Below, in pieces: positions 1 through 13,090 of a stretch of 64,000 bases of DNA. The translations under genes were made by a program, and so were the position numbers. The DNA comes from Mustelus asterias (taxonomy: Eukaryota): positions 12,586,001 through 12,650,000 of the forward strand of contig NC_135808.1 of assembly GCF_964213995.1 (NCBI RefSeq). The letters run 5' to 3'. How positions within the stretch are numbered: the first letter of the stretch is position 1; the number at the start of each line of letters is the position of its first letter. Under the pieces are notes generated by a model. It was given only the letters and a program-made list of their open reading frames with translations, had not been told where the DNA came from and searched no databases.

Positions 1-1224
1 CGATAGTGACTTTTAAGGGGCGCCTTGACAAATACATGAATAGGATGTGAATAGATGGATATGGTCCCCGGAAGGGTAGGGGGTTTTAGTTAAGTCGGGC
101 AGCATGGTCGGTGCAGGCTTGGAGGGCCGAAGGGCCTGTTCCTGTGCTGCAATTTTCTTTGCTCTTTGTATCTATGAGTGTCATAAGTTGGCTTGCATTA
201 ACACTGCAATGAAGTTACTGTGAAAATCCCCCAGTCGCCACACATCTAACACCTGTTCGGGTACACTGAGGGAGAATTTAGCATGGCCAATACAACTAAC
301 CAGCATGTCTTTCGGACTGTGGGAGGAATCTGGGGCACCCGGAGGAAACCCACGCAGACACTGGGAGAACGTGCAGACTCTGCTCAGACAGTGACCCAAG
401 CTGCGAATTAAACCTGGGTCTCTGGCACTGTGAGGCAGCAGTGCTAACCACTGTGCTACCCAATTGATAGCATAGACTGAGGGAAGCCATTTCCCCCTGG
501 CAGTAGATTCCACAACAAAGAGGTAATCATTTAAATTGGAACTCAGTCGCTCGGGGGAGATTGGAGAAAACATTTCCTCAACAAAGCTTTGCCTAAATCT
601 GGAACAGTCTAATCCTAAAATAATCTATTAAAGCTCCAGGGTCAATTGAAATTGATTTTTTTTACGTTAGAAAAGATATAGATCGATCATAATCTAACTG
701 AATAGTGGATGCACATTCATGGGAGTGGCCTACTTTTTTATCTAGAATTCCTACAGTGCAGAAAGAGGCCATTCAACCCATCAAATCTGCAGCGCCACTC
801 CCAAGGAGCATCTTACTCAAACCCTCCCCACCACCTACCATGTACATGGCCAATCCACCTAACCTACACAGCTTTGGACACTGAGGGGAAATTTAGCAAA
901 TTATCAAATTGAGGTATACAAGATGATAGAAGGTATGGATAAAGTAGACGTGGAGCAAATGCTTCCTCTTGTGGGGCATTCTAGGACGAGAGGTCTTAGT
1001 CTTAGGATAAGGGGTAGCAATTTTAAAACAGTTGAGAAACGACTTCTCCCAAAGGGTTGCGAATCTATGGAATTCGCTACCCTAAAGTGCGCTGGATGCT
1101 GGGACAGTGAGGAGGAGTTAGACAGATTTTTAATTGGTAATGGGTTGAAGGGTTATGGGGAAAAGGCAGGAAAGTGGAGATGAGGAGCATATCAGCAATG
1201 AACGAATGGCAAAGCGGACTTGAT
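1..1224. mobile_element. CR1 3' ends (1-175 and 905-1224, +) flanking V-SINE copies (180-462, -)
   Basis: CR1 tail ggccgaagggcctgttcctgtgctg; SINE head and V-domain. Confidence 0.75.
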
Positions 1225-2003
1225 GGGCCAGATTTTACTATTGCGTTGTGCCCGTTTTCCGGCATGAAAACGTGGTAAAGTCAGGCATGAGGCCATTAAC
1301 GCTGAATTAATGAACTGCCTGCCCAACTTTATCAGCATTTCCCCCTTTACCATCGCGTTTGCGCGTCCAGATTCGGCGTGAAACAGACCTGCTCGGCAAA
1401 GGTCTGTTTCAGGCGCTCCAGCTTCTGAAGAAGTAAGTTCAGAGCTTCCAACGGCTTTCTAACTTAGATCGGTGGTGGTGGAGGGGGGAGGGAGGCGGGC
1501 CAGATCATTCTCTGACAAGGGGAGGTAGGGTAGGGAGGCGGGTCAGATGTATCTCTGGTGAAGGGAGGGAGGCCCGATCATTCTTGGGGGGGGGGGGGTG
1601 GCCAGATGGATCTCTGGGGGTGGGGGGGGCTTAGGGGGACCACTGCCACTCTGCGGGCAATTGGTGGGGGGGGAAGGGGGCAGGGGGTCCTGATCAGTCT
1701 GGGTAGCGGGGGAGGGGGGTGGATAAGGGGGACAGTTATGTTGTGGGGGTGGGGCGATGTCTGTGGGGGCCATCGCTCCCGGGCCGCTTTATCCGCTTTT
1801 TATGGCCCGGGAGTGATGTGACAATGTTTTTCAATTTATTTTCACTGTGCATGCGCTAAGCCCCGCCCACAATGCGATTCAGACTCACAATTTATTTCTC
1901 AGGCTGAGTGCGTATGGGGGGGGCGCCTGAAAGCAGATTCCCAAGTCAGACCTGAATTGCACCCAGATTCAGCACTTCGAATGAAAATGGTAAAATCAGG
2001 CCC
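1225..2003. mobile_element. Non-autonomous PIF/Harbinger-like MITE with G-rich interior
   Basis: TIRs GGGCCAGATTTTAC / GTAAAATCAGGCCC, ~3-bp flanks (gat/aat), inserted in a CR1 tail. Confidence 0.65.
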
Positions 2004-3279
2004 AATGGGTCAAATTCTGCTCCCATATCTTATGAACTTATTATGAATTCATCTCTGGAGTGTGGGAGACAACTGGAGCACCCGGAGGAAACCCGCGCAG
2101 ACACGGGGGGAAATGAGCAAATGCCACACTGACAGTCACCGAAGGCTGGAATTGAACCCTTGTCCCTGGCGCTGTGAGGCAGCAGTGCTAACCACTGTGC
2201 CACGTGTCTCAACAAATTTCCTGTCTTCAAACTCTTCCCATCTCTTACCTCCTCCAACCCCTTAACTTTGAAAGCACTGCCTTCCTCCAATTCTGCCTCT
2301 GGCACATCCCCAGTGGACCGCCACGCACGCACTAAATATTCTTCTCCACCCCTTCCCCCCACACCTCCACCCAACCTCCCTGCCTCACCTCTCCCTACAC
2401 TCCAGTCAAACTCACCCCCACAGAATTTAGCATGGCCAACGCACCTAACCAGCACGTCTTTCGGACTGTGGGAGGAAACCCACGCAGACACGGGGAGAAC
2501 GTGCAGACTCCACACGGACAATCACCCGAGGCCGGAATCGAACCTGGGTCCCTGGCGCCGTGAGGCAGCAGTGCTAACCACTGTGCCACCGTGTCACCCT
2601 CCTCATCTGCTCAGTGATGGTCCACCTGGTTTTGGATGATTGACAACAACAACTTGCATGGATGGAATCCCTTAAATTCATTGTATATCCCAAGGTACTT
2701 GTCAGCGGAGTTATGAAGTAAAAAGCTCGCGCTGGAACAGGAAAGAGCAATACATAGGCCAAAACCTTGGGTCGTTGAATCACAGAATGGTTACAGTACA
2801 AAGGGAGGCCATTCCTCCATCGCATCGGTGCTGGCTGTCCGAGAGAGCAAGTCGCCTAATGCCATCCTCTCTCATTGGCCCCACACATTCTTCCTTTTCA
2901 GAAAGCAGAGAGGTGTATTTTAAAGCAATGGAGGAATGTGAATTTTTGGGGTAGAGGTATGTCGTGAGAGTATGTCCAGAGTTCAGGATCAATGCAATTG
3001 CCCAGAGCTGAATGCATGGCCACCAATGGTGCAGTAATTAGGGGATATACAAGATACATATCATCTCCAACTGGGAAAGACACTAACAGTGTAAAATGTT
3101 GCATCATCTGCCATTTATTTTATTTTTAGAAATTTCTTTAATTTTTTAAATTTTAAATGTTATTATTGATCAGTGATGGTGACTTACAGTTCCTGGTGTT
3201 AAAGGCGCTGTTCCGAGACTTAAATAACAAAGCAGAAATTCCTCTACTCTAACAGGGCGTTATTGAAAGAATGGGAATA

Positions 3280-3447
3280 AAAGCAAAATACTGCAGATGC
3301 TGGAATCTGAAACAAAAGCCGAAAATGCTGGAAAATCTCACAGTCCTGACAGCACCTGCTCTGACGACGGTTCACCCTGACTCGAAACGTTGGCTGTCCT
3401 CTTTCCTCAGATGCTGTCAGACCTGCTGAGATTTTCCAGCATTTTCA
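3280..3447 (+). mobile_element. Short palindromic element (second Penelope-derived family) with a hammerhead-like core at 3361-3393
   Basis: Inverted arms gaaaatgctggaaaatctca / tgagattttccagcattttc; CTGACGA..GAA-ACGT-T in the loop. Degenerate relatives at ~10370-10500, 28745-28910 and 48390-48515. Confidence 0.6.
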
Positions 3448-4174
3448 TACAGGCATAGCATTCCTACTGTGCAGAAAGAGGCCAGACGGCCCATCGAGCC
3501 TGCACCGACAACAATCCCACCCAGGCCCTATCCCCATAACCACACGCATTTACCCTGTTAATCTCCCTGATACTAAGGGGCTGTTTAGCAACCTTACCTG
3601 CACATTTTTGGAGTGTGGGAGGAAAGTGGGGTACCCAGAGGAAACTCACACAGACACGGGGAGAACGTGCAAACTCCACAGTTAGTTACCTGAAGCCAGG
3701 ATTGAACCCCAATCCCTGGCGCTCTGAGGCAGCAGTGCTAACCACTGTGCCATCCAATTTCTGTGTGAATGAAACAGGGATTTCAGCCAAGAAAAATGGC
3801 AACACTGTAAAAGCTGCATCACCTGTTATTTTTAATTTTTATATAAATGTTTCACATATTTATTTTTTAATATATTTTATTTTTAAACATTTTTGATTTA
3901 AAAATATATTTTGTTCACATTTAAATGTCTTTCTGTACTGTAGGGATTCTATGGTCATGTGAATGTCAGGTGATTTTAAGTCTGGGTGTTACAGCCGCTG
4001 TTTCAAAACTGAAATAATAAAGAAATTCGCTGCTCTGATATCTCCCTGCAGTGTTAGTGGGGGAGGATGTGATCAACTCCCGGGACTCTCTCCCCTTCCC
4101 CTATAGAGGAATTCCTCTATCGACTGCCCCAATTTTAACCCCCCTTTGCGAACCCCAAGCAGTCAGTTCCTCAC

Positions 4175-4268
4175 CTGCTTCACCGGGCAGCCAGAGACAG
4201 AGGGCAGAGAGGTGCAAAAGGAGAGAGGAGATGGAGGGCAGATCCCAAAGGGTGAACCGATGCTCCAT
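4175..4268 (-). CDS. First coding exon (signal peptide MEHRFTLWDLPSISSLLLHLSALCLWLPGEA-G) of a gene continuing left of the window
   Basis: ATG at 4268, leucine-rich h-region, phase-1 donor CAG|GTGAGG, CpG-containing upstream region with a GC box. No downstream exon found in 1-4174. Confidence 0.65.
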
Positions 4269-4380
4269 CCAGATCAACTTTTCCGCTGAAGTCAAAAACA
4301 AAGCTCCCCGGACCACGGCGACATCTTCAGCAGAACACTTCTACAACCCTGTTCGAAATACCCTGCCCCCTTCGCTAAAG

Positions 4381-4425
4381 CCCGCCCTAACATCGAACCA
4401 TACGGAAATGGAAAGGTTCTCGGAA
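4381..4425. promoter_or_regulatory. GC box + ISRE-like (GAAATGGAAA) + GAS (TTCTCGGAA) cluster
   Basis: CCCGCCC 4381-4387, GAAANNGAAA 4405-4414 and TTCN3GAA 4417-4425, 115-157 nt upstream of the 4268 ATG. Confidence 0.55.
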
Positions 4426-4719
4426 TTGGAAGCCACTGATATCACAAGCCTTGACTCGTGACTTGTTACGCAGATGATTATTTACAGCACTGTCTGCTAC
4501 GCGTCTCTGAATAATCCAGCAATGTACCTTCACCACTCTCCAACCCTGTACATTCTTTTTAAGATAAGATTCGATTGAATCTGCCTCCACCACATTGTCA
4601 GGTGGGGCAATCCCACATTTTAACCCAGTCGTTGCCTGAGAAAATTTCTCCTCCTATCTCTCATTTTGTCAATTTCCTTCAATCTGGGTCCTTCCAACAA
4701 TGAAAACAGTTTTTTAATT

Positions 4720-5830
4720 CATTTTTTTGGGGAGGAAGTGGGTGCCACTGCCTAAAGCCAGCACTTATTTCCCACCCCGAATCACCCTTGAGAAGGTGGT
4801 GGTGAGCTGCCTCCCTGAACCACCTCAGTCCCTGAGGTGTGGGTACACCCACAGTGCTGTTAGGAAGGGAATTGGAGGAATTTGGCCCAGGGACTGTGAA
4901 GGAATGACCATATATTTCCAAGTTAGGATGGGAGTGACTTGGAAGGGAACTTTCAGGTGATAGAAACCAGAGGCAGGAGTAGGCCATTCGACCCTTCGAG
5001 CCTGCTCCACCATTCATTTTGATCATGGTCGATCATTGAATTCAATGTCCTGATTCCCCCATTCCCTCAGTTCTAAAAGGTTTACCCCTTATCCTCAAAC
5101 TATGACCCCTAGATCTGGATTCCCCCCTATAGGGAACATTCTGACCTACCTAGTCTAAGCCTGTTAGAATTTTGTAAGTTTCTATGAGATCCCCTCTCAC
5201 TCTTCTACACTCCAATGAATATAATCCTAAGTGACTTAGTGTCTCCTCATATGACAGACCTGCCATCCAGGAATCAGCCTGGTAAACCTTTGTTGTACTC
5301 CGTCTATAGCAAGGACATTCTTCCTCAGATAAGGACACTAAAACTGCACACAATACACCAAAACTGCACACAGTGAACACATGGTGTTCCCATGTGTCTG
5401 CTGCCCTTGTCCTTCTAGATGATGTTGGATGTGAGTTTGGAAGGTGCTGCCTAAGGTGAGTTCCTGCAGTACACATTGTAGATGGTACACACTGTTGCCA
5501 CTGTGCATCGGTGGTGGAGGGATTGAATGTTTGTGGATGGGGTGCCAATCCAGCGTGCTGCTTTGTCCTGGATGGTGTCAAGTTTCATCAGTGTTGTTGG
5601 AGCTGCACTCATCCAGGCAAGTGGAGACTATTCTATCAATGGTAACACTATTGCATGCGTCAAGGTCTTTGAATAAAACAAAGATTTAAGAATTGAACAA
5701 AATAAAGATAAAAGCAGTTTTGGATAACATGAAGTCACTGTTGATGGGTCAAAATCCTGTAACTTCCTAGCTAACAGCACAATGGGTGTACCTACATAAT
5801 CCAGTGGTTAAAGAAGGCAGCACACTGGTG
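4720..5830 (-). mobile_element. LINE 3' fragments (CR1/L2 group) with a nested CR1 at ~4960-5370
   Basis: LRQHLPN..RRTRAAD and GLYSLECRRVRGDLIETYKIL segments. Confidence 0.65.
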
Positions 5831-7672
5831 GAAGGATCCAGAAAAAGAAGTCATGGATTTAGGATTATTTTGGTGAAGACATTTTGGATAAAACAAAGTT
5901 TAAAGAATTGGATAAAATGGGAATTGATACAAGTATAACTGTCTGGAGGGGTTTTTGATATGCAAATTAGCTTAGCCCCAGAGAAGCAGATACCTAAGTG
6001 AAGTGAGGAACAATGGGTTATAGAATTATAGCTGTTAAATATGGAAGAGATGGATTCAAAATGGAGACACAAGAATGCATGTCACACTTACATGCTAAAA
6101 GCAGGGTTTTCTAAGATGTCATTTAGATAGGATAACATCAAAGGAGAAAAATAGTATATCAGTAGCAGAGTCAGCTCTGTATTGGGAGAAGAGAGAGAGA
6201 GAGAGAAGGCAGAAGCAGAATGAACAGCTTAAATCATAAACACACCCAACGACAATGGAAGTTCCCCCAAAAGCAAGTTGGTGCTGAAAACTGCTTTTTT
6301 GAACACCTCAAAGATTCTGAATCCAAGAAGAAGGCTTCCTAAATAAAGCTAAATCATGTGTGATTGGGGTGGTATGGTAGCACAGTAGTTAGCACTGCTG
6401 CTTCACAGCACCAAGGACCCAGGTTCAATTGTGGCTTGGGTGACTGTGTGGAGTATGCACGTTCTCCCTATGTCTGCATGGGTTTCCTCTAGGTGCTCTT
6501 GTCTCCTTCCACACTCCAAAACATGTAGGTTAGGTGGATTGGCTGTGCTAAATTGCCAAAGTGTGAGAGGGGATTAGCAGGGTAAATATGTGGGGTTACA
6601 GGGATGGGGCCTTGTTGGGATTGTTGTTGGTGCAGGCTCGATGGGCAGAATGGCCTCCCTCTGCACTGTTGGGATTCTATGATTCTAAGTGTGCTAACTA
6701 TTTGCTGGACTGGTTTATAAAGATAAACATTATGGGGTGCTGTTTTAAGACAAGGAACACTCTTGGAGTTTCGCAATATAGATAGCTGTGGAATGGAATG
6801 AATTCAAGCATACTGTGTGTGTGTGTGTATGTGTGTGTATAGGGCCATTACTGTAGTTAATTGAGCTTTGCATTCTGGCCTTTTTTGTGTGTTTTCCAAT
6901 TTAATAAACATTCTTTTATTCGAATGATTGCAAAAGACTGGACCTTTCCTCACTGGCTTGCATGTCTTTCCTCACGTTGCGTAAACTTCATCCAACTAAC
7001 CACAGGACACCCAGGGACAGGTTACAATAATTTATTCATGATTCAAGCATGGGGGAACTACTCCAGGATATCAGTAGCAGGGTTCGCTCTATACTGGTAG
7101 AAGAGAGGTGTGTGTGTGTGTGTGTGTGGTGTGGTGTTGGGATGGGTGGGGGAGAAGCAGAATGAGCATCTCAAATCATAGCTACACCCAACTTTGGACA
7201 GCACAACTGCAAATGGAATTTCCCCTAACTAACCTCAAGCAGCACCTTATCTAATGTAGATCTCAATTCTGACACAGCTCGAGTACACCTCTCACAGGGA
7301 GAGCATTGTAATACAACTCTCTTCACCAAATCATAGATACAGACTGTTTATACAGTCAATACGCAGAACATTGTTTAATTTCCAATCTTGTGTTATTATT
7401 TCCGAGAAAACTATCTGTTCCTCTAATCAGTAACTTTGCTGGCAAGTTCAGCTGATCTCAGTCCTTGAGATGATGTGTAAAATTCATTGAGATATCATTT
7501 TAATTAGCATGTGATTTTACTTTTAATGCAGGATGTTAGATCTATCCCCCCATTTACTAAATATATTAAAGTTTAAGTTTATTAATTAGTGTCACAAGTA
7601 GGCTTACATTAACGCTGCAATGGAGTCACCTGTGAAAATCCCCGAGTCGCCACACCCTGGCAGCTGTTTGGG

Positions 7673-9903
7673 CATGATGTGGAGATGTCGGCGTTGGACT
7701 GGGGTAAGCACAGTAAGAAGTCTCACAACACCAGGTTAAAGTCCAACAGGTTTATTTGGTAGCACAAGCTTTCGGAGTGCTGCTCCTTCATCAGGAGAGT
7801 GAGGAGCTGTGTTCACATATAGGGTATATATAGACACAAACTCAATTTACAAGATAATGGTTGGAATGCGAGTCTTTACAGGTAATCAAGTCTTAAAGGT
7901 ATAGACAATGTGAGTGGAGAGAGGGTCAAGCACAGGTTAAAGAGATGTGTATTGTCTCCAGACAGGACAGTTAGTGAGATTTTGCAAGCCCAGGCAAGTC
8001 ATGGGGGTAACAGATAGTGTGACATGAACCCAAGATACCGGTTGAGGCCGTCTTCATGTGTGTGGAACTTGGCTATCAGTTTCTGCTCAGCGATTCTGCG
8101 TTGTGTGTTGTGAAGGCCTCCTTGGAGAACGCTTACCCGAAGATCAGAGGCTGAATGCCCTTGACTGCTGAAGTGTTCCCCGTAAGAAGTTTAACAACAC
8201 CAGGTTAAAGTCCAACAGGTTTATTTGGAAGCAAAAGCCACAAGCTTTCGGAGCCTTAAGCCCTTTCTTCAGGCGAGTGGGAATTCTGTTCACAAACAGA
8301 GCATATAAAGACACAAATTCAATTTACAGAATAATGGTTGGAATGCGAATACTTACAACGAATCAAGTCTTTAAGATACAATGTGAATGGAGAGAGCATT
8401 AAGACAGGTTAAAGAGATGTGTATTGTCTCCAGACAGGACAGCCAGTGAGATTCTGCAGGTCCATGCAAGCTGTGGGGATTACAGATAGTGTGACATGAA
8501 CCCAATATCCCGGTTGAGGCCGTCCTCATGTGTGCGGAACTTGGCTGTCAGTTTCTGCTCAGCGACTCTGCGCCGTCGTGTGTCATGAAGGCCGCCTTGG
8601 AGAACGCTTACCGGAATATCAGAGGCCGAATGCCCGTGACCGCTGAAGTGCTCCCCAACAGGAAGAGAACATTCTTGCCTGGTGATTGTCGAGTGCTGTT
8701 CATTCATCCGTTGTCGCAGCGTCTGCATGGTTTTCCCAATGTACCATGGACCGGGACATCCTTTCCTGCAGTGTATCAGGTAGACAACGTTGGCCGAGTT
8801 GCAAGAGTATGTACCGTGTACCTGGTGGATGGTGTTCTCACGTGAGATGATGGCATCTGTGTCGATGATCCGGCACGTCTGGCAGAGGTTGCTGTGGCAG
8901 GTCCATGCGGCGCCGTGGTCACTGTTCTCCTGAAGGCCAGGGCAGTCTGCCGCAGACAATGGTCTGCCTGAGGTTGTGCGACTGTTTGAAGACAAGAAGT
9001 GGGGGTGTGGGGATAGCCTTGGCGAGATGTTCATCTTCATCGATGAGATGTTGACGACTCCGGAGAAAATGTCGCAGCTTCTCCGCTCCGGGGAAGTACT
9101 GGGCAACGAAGGGTACTCTGCCTGCTGTGTCCTGTGTTTGTCTTCTGAGGGTGTCAGTGCATTTTTTCACTGTGGCGCGTCGGAACTTTCGATCAATGAG
9201 TGGAGCGCCACATCCTGTTCTTATGAGAGTGTCTTTCAGCGTCTGTAGGTGTCTGTTGCGATCCTCCTCATCTGAGCAGATCCTGTGTATACGGAGTGCT
9301 TGTCCATAGGGGATGGGTTCTTTAACATGTTTAGGGTGGAAGCTGGAGAAGTGGAGCATCGTGAAGTTATCAGTGGGCTTGCGGTACAGTGAAGTGCTGA
9401 GATGACCGTCCTCGATCTACAACAACGGATGAATTAATGTCGCTCGGCAATCACCAGGCAGGAGTGCTGTCTTCCTGTCGTGGAACACTTCAGCAGTCAC
9501 GGGCATTCAGCCTCTGATCTTCAGGTAAACATTCTCCAAGGCGGCCTTCACGACACACGACAACACAGAATCGCTGAGCAGAAACTGATAGCCAAGTTCC
9601 GCACACATGAAGACGGCCTCAACCGGGCTCTTGGGTTCATGTCACACTATCTGTAACCTCCACAACTTGCCTGGGCTTGCAAAATCTCACTAACTGTCCT
9701 GGCTGGAGACAATACACACCTCTTTAACCTGTGCGTAACCCTCTCTCCACTCACATTGTCTGTACCTTTAAGACTTGATTACCTGTAAAGACTCGCATTC
9801 CAACCATTATCTTGTAAATTGAGTTTGTGTCTGTATATGCCCTGTTTGTGAACACAGCTCCTCACTCTCCTGATGAAGGAGCAGCGCTCCGAAAGCTTGT
9901 GTT
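7673..9903 (-). mobile_element. Penelope-like element, 5'-truncated: RT C-terminus + GIY-YIG endonuclease with tandem and inverted pseudo-LTRs
   Basis: ORFs 8919-9359 (LHFSSFHPKH..IPYGQALRIHRICS) and 8480-9106 (NVVYLIHC..YIGKT..LRQRMNEQ..VGEHFSGHGH..GLNRD). pLTR copies at 7675-8180 (-), ~8185-8690 (-) and 9420-9902 (+). TSD agctgtttggg; inserted into a SINE. Confidence 0.9.
9862..9902 (+). ncRNA. Minimal hammerhead motif in a Penelope pLTR
   Basis: CTGATGA-A-GGAGC-AGC-GCTCC-GAAAGCTTGTG. Confidence 0.65.
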
Positions 9904-11029
9904 AGCTGTTTGGGGGCACTGAGGGAGAATTTAGCATGGCTAATTCACCCAACCAGCACATCTTTCAGATTGTGGGAGGATTAATACAGAAGAACATATG
10001 TTTAGTTTGCATGTTCAAAAACCACAGAAAGGGTGTCTGCAGTGTACCTGAAAACATATTCACACAGTAAAAAGAGCAATAGATGAAAGAGAGCTCTTGC
10101 TTGTCCCACATATCTACTGAATGTTAATTTCAAATGTGTCGATAACATTCAATAGCAACTGTGCACAGGTCAGAATGTGTAACTTTCAAATAGGGCGTCC
10201 ATTGTTCTGCACACACTTGGTCTAATTATTCCCCTCTCCCCACTCCCCTCCCCCTTTAAATCTAACCCTCCTCCCTCTTTCCTGAACAATAAATGGAAAC
10301 GGGTGGAGAAAACACTAATATCAATGTTGTTGGTCTGGATCGTTGAGTAACAATGACAAAACATATAAATACCGCAGATGCTAGAAATTGGAAAGAAAAA
10401 TATAATGTTAATGAAAGGTTAACTCTAAAATGTTAACTCTGTCTTCACATAGATGGCCAGACCTGCTGGGTATTTCCAATATCTTCTGTTTTTTGTTATT
10501 GCTGAGTGAAGAAAGTATGTTTCGCTGTTTGTCTCCTTCCAACTCATTGTCAAGAGTCACTCTGGGATTTTCTTAGGGTGGCATGGTGGCGCTGCTGTCT
10601 CACAGCGCTAGGGACCCGGGTTCAATTCCAGCCTCGGGTCACTGTCTGTGTGAAGTCTGCACATTCTCCCCGTGTCTGCTTGGGCTTCCTCCAGGTGCAC
10701 CGATTTCCTGCCACACTCCAAAGACGGATTGGCATGTCAAATTGCCCCTTAGTGTCAGGGGGATTAGCAGGATAAATACATGGGGTTACAGGGATAGGGC
10801 CTCAGTGGGATTGTCGTCAGTACAGGCTTGATGGGATGAATGGTCTCCTCTGCACTGTGGGGATTCTATGAATTTGCTCTGAGCTCTGTTTGAAGGAAAT
10901 CTGTATGCATATCCATTTTGTATCTGTTTACTTGCAATTCAATGTAGCCGTGTTCCCTTCAGACACGGAAAGGAGCAAATGCAAGAAACAGCAAATGCTG
11001 CAATTGTAACAAAGATTCACCATGTCTAT

Positions 11030-13090
11030 GGAAACATAGGAATGAGAAGCAGAAGTCGGCAATTCAGCCCTTCAAGCCTCCTCCGCCATTCAATCAGATC
11101 ATGGCTGATCTCTCCCTGGTCTCAAATCCACCTCCCCATCTGTTCCCCATATCCCTTTAGCCCTTTATTAAAAAATCAGAAATATATTACTTTCTTGAAA
11201 ATCATTGAATGATTCAGACTCCACCGTGCTGTGGGGCAGCGAGTTCCACAAATTCACCACCCTCTGCAAGAAGTCGTTCCTCCTCATCTCTTATGAGGAA
11301 AGGTTGAGGGAGCTGGGGCTGTTCTCTCTGGAGCGGAGGAGATTGAGGGGAGACTTAATAGAGGTTTATAAAATGATGAAGGGGATAGATCGAGTGAACG
11401 TTCAAAGACTATTTCCTCGGGTGGATGGAGCTATTACAAGGGGGCATAACTATAGGGTTCGTGGTGGGAGATATAGGAAGGATATCAGAGGTAGGTTCTT
11501 CACGCAGAGAGTGGTTGGGGTGTGGAATGGACTGCCTGCAGTGATAGTGGAGTCAGACACTTTAGGAACATTTAAGCGGTTATTGGATAGGCACATGGAG
11601 CACACCAGGATGGTAGGGAGTGGGATAGCTTGATCTTGGTTTCAGATGAAGGTCGGCACAACATCGTGGGCCGAAGGGCCTGTTCTGTGCTGTACTGTTC
11701 TATGTTCTATGTCAACCTATACCTCTGACTTCATGTTCTAGATTGCCCCACACGGGGAAACATTTGGTCTACATTTATTCTATCAATCCCTTCTAAAATT
11801 TTATATACCTCGATCAGATCCCCTCTCATCCTTCTAAACTCCAGCGAGTAAAAGTCCAAACTGTTTCATCTCTCGTGAGGAAGAGACGAAGATGATTGAT
11901 TAGGGTAGGGTGGTGGATGTTGTCTACATGGACTTCAGTAAGGCCTTTGACAAGGTCCCTCATGGCAGACTGGTGCAGAAGGTGAAGTCGCATGGGATCA
12001 GAGGTGAGCTGGCAAGGTGGATACAAAACTGGCTCGGTCAAAGAAGACAGAGGGTAGCAGTGGAAGGGTGTGTTTCTGAATGGAGGGCTGTGACAAGTGA
12101 TGTTTCTCAGGGATCAGTGCTGGGACCTTTGCTGTTTGTAATATATATAAATGATTTGGAGAAAAATGCAACTGGATTGATAAGTTTGCGGACGACACAA
12201 AGGTTGGTGGATTTGCGGATAGCAGTGAGGACCATCAGAAGATACCGCAGGATATAGTTCAGTTGGAGACTTGGGCGGAGAGATGGCAGATGGAGTTTAA
12301 TCCGGACAAATGTGAGGTAATGCATTTTGGAAGGTCAAACACAGATAGGAAATATACAGTAAATGGCAGAACCCTTGAGAGTATTGATAGGCAAAGGGAT
12401 CTGGGTGTACAGGTCACTGAAAGTGGCAATGCAGGTGGAGAAGGTAGTCAAGAAGGCATACGGCATGCTTGCCTTCATCGGCCGGGGTATTGAGTTTAAA
12501 AATTGGCAAGTCATGTTGCAGCTTTATAGAACCTTAGTTAGGCCGCACTTGGAATATAGTGTTCAATTCTGGTCGCCACACTACCAGAAGGATGTGGAGG
12601 CTTTGGAGAGGGTACAGAAAAGATTTACCAGGATGTTGCCTGGTATGGAGGGCATTAGCTATGAGGAGAGGTTAGAGAAACTTGGGTTTGTTCTCACTGG
12701 AGCGACGGAGGTTGAGGGGAGACCTGATAGAAGTCTACAAGATTATGAGAGGCATGAACAGAATGGATAGTCAGAAGCTTTTTCCCAGGGTGGAAGGGTC
12801 AATTACTAGGGGACATAGGCTTAAGGTGTGAGGGGCAACGTTTAAAGGAGATGTACGAGGCAGATGTTTTAGAGAAAGTAGTGGGTGCCTGGAACTCATT
12901 GCCGGGGGAAGGAGTGGAAGCGGATACGGTAGTGACTTTTAAGGGGCATCTTGACAAGTACATGAATAGGATGGTAATAGAGGGATATGGTCCCCGGAAG
13001 GGGAGGGGATTTTAGTTAAGCCAGGCAGCATGGTCGGTGCAGGCTTGAAGGGCCTGTTCCTGTGCTGTAATTTTCATTGTTCTTTGTTCT
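11030..13090. mobile_element. Nested CR1 fragments: minus copy 11030-11875 interrupted by plus copy 11290-11712, then plus copy 11880-13090
   Basis: ORFs 11205-11633 and 11910-12770 carry CR1 motifs. Confidence 0.85.

Noticed and set aside
4051-4461. 136-aa plus-strand ORF
   Set aside because: No recognisable domain; it is the antisense of the leader exon and promoter, which has better splice and signal-peptide support.
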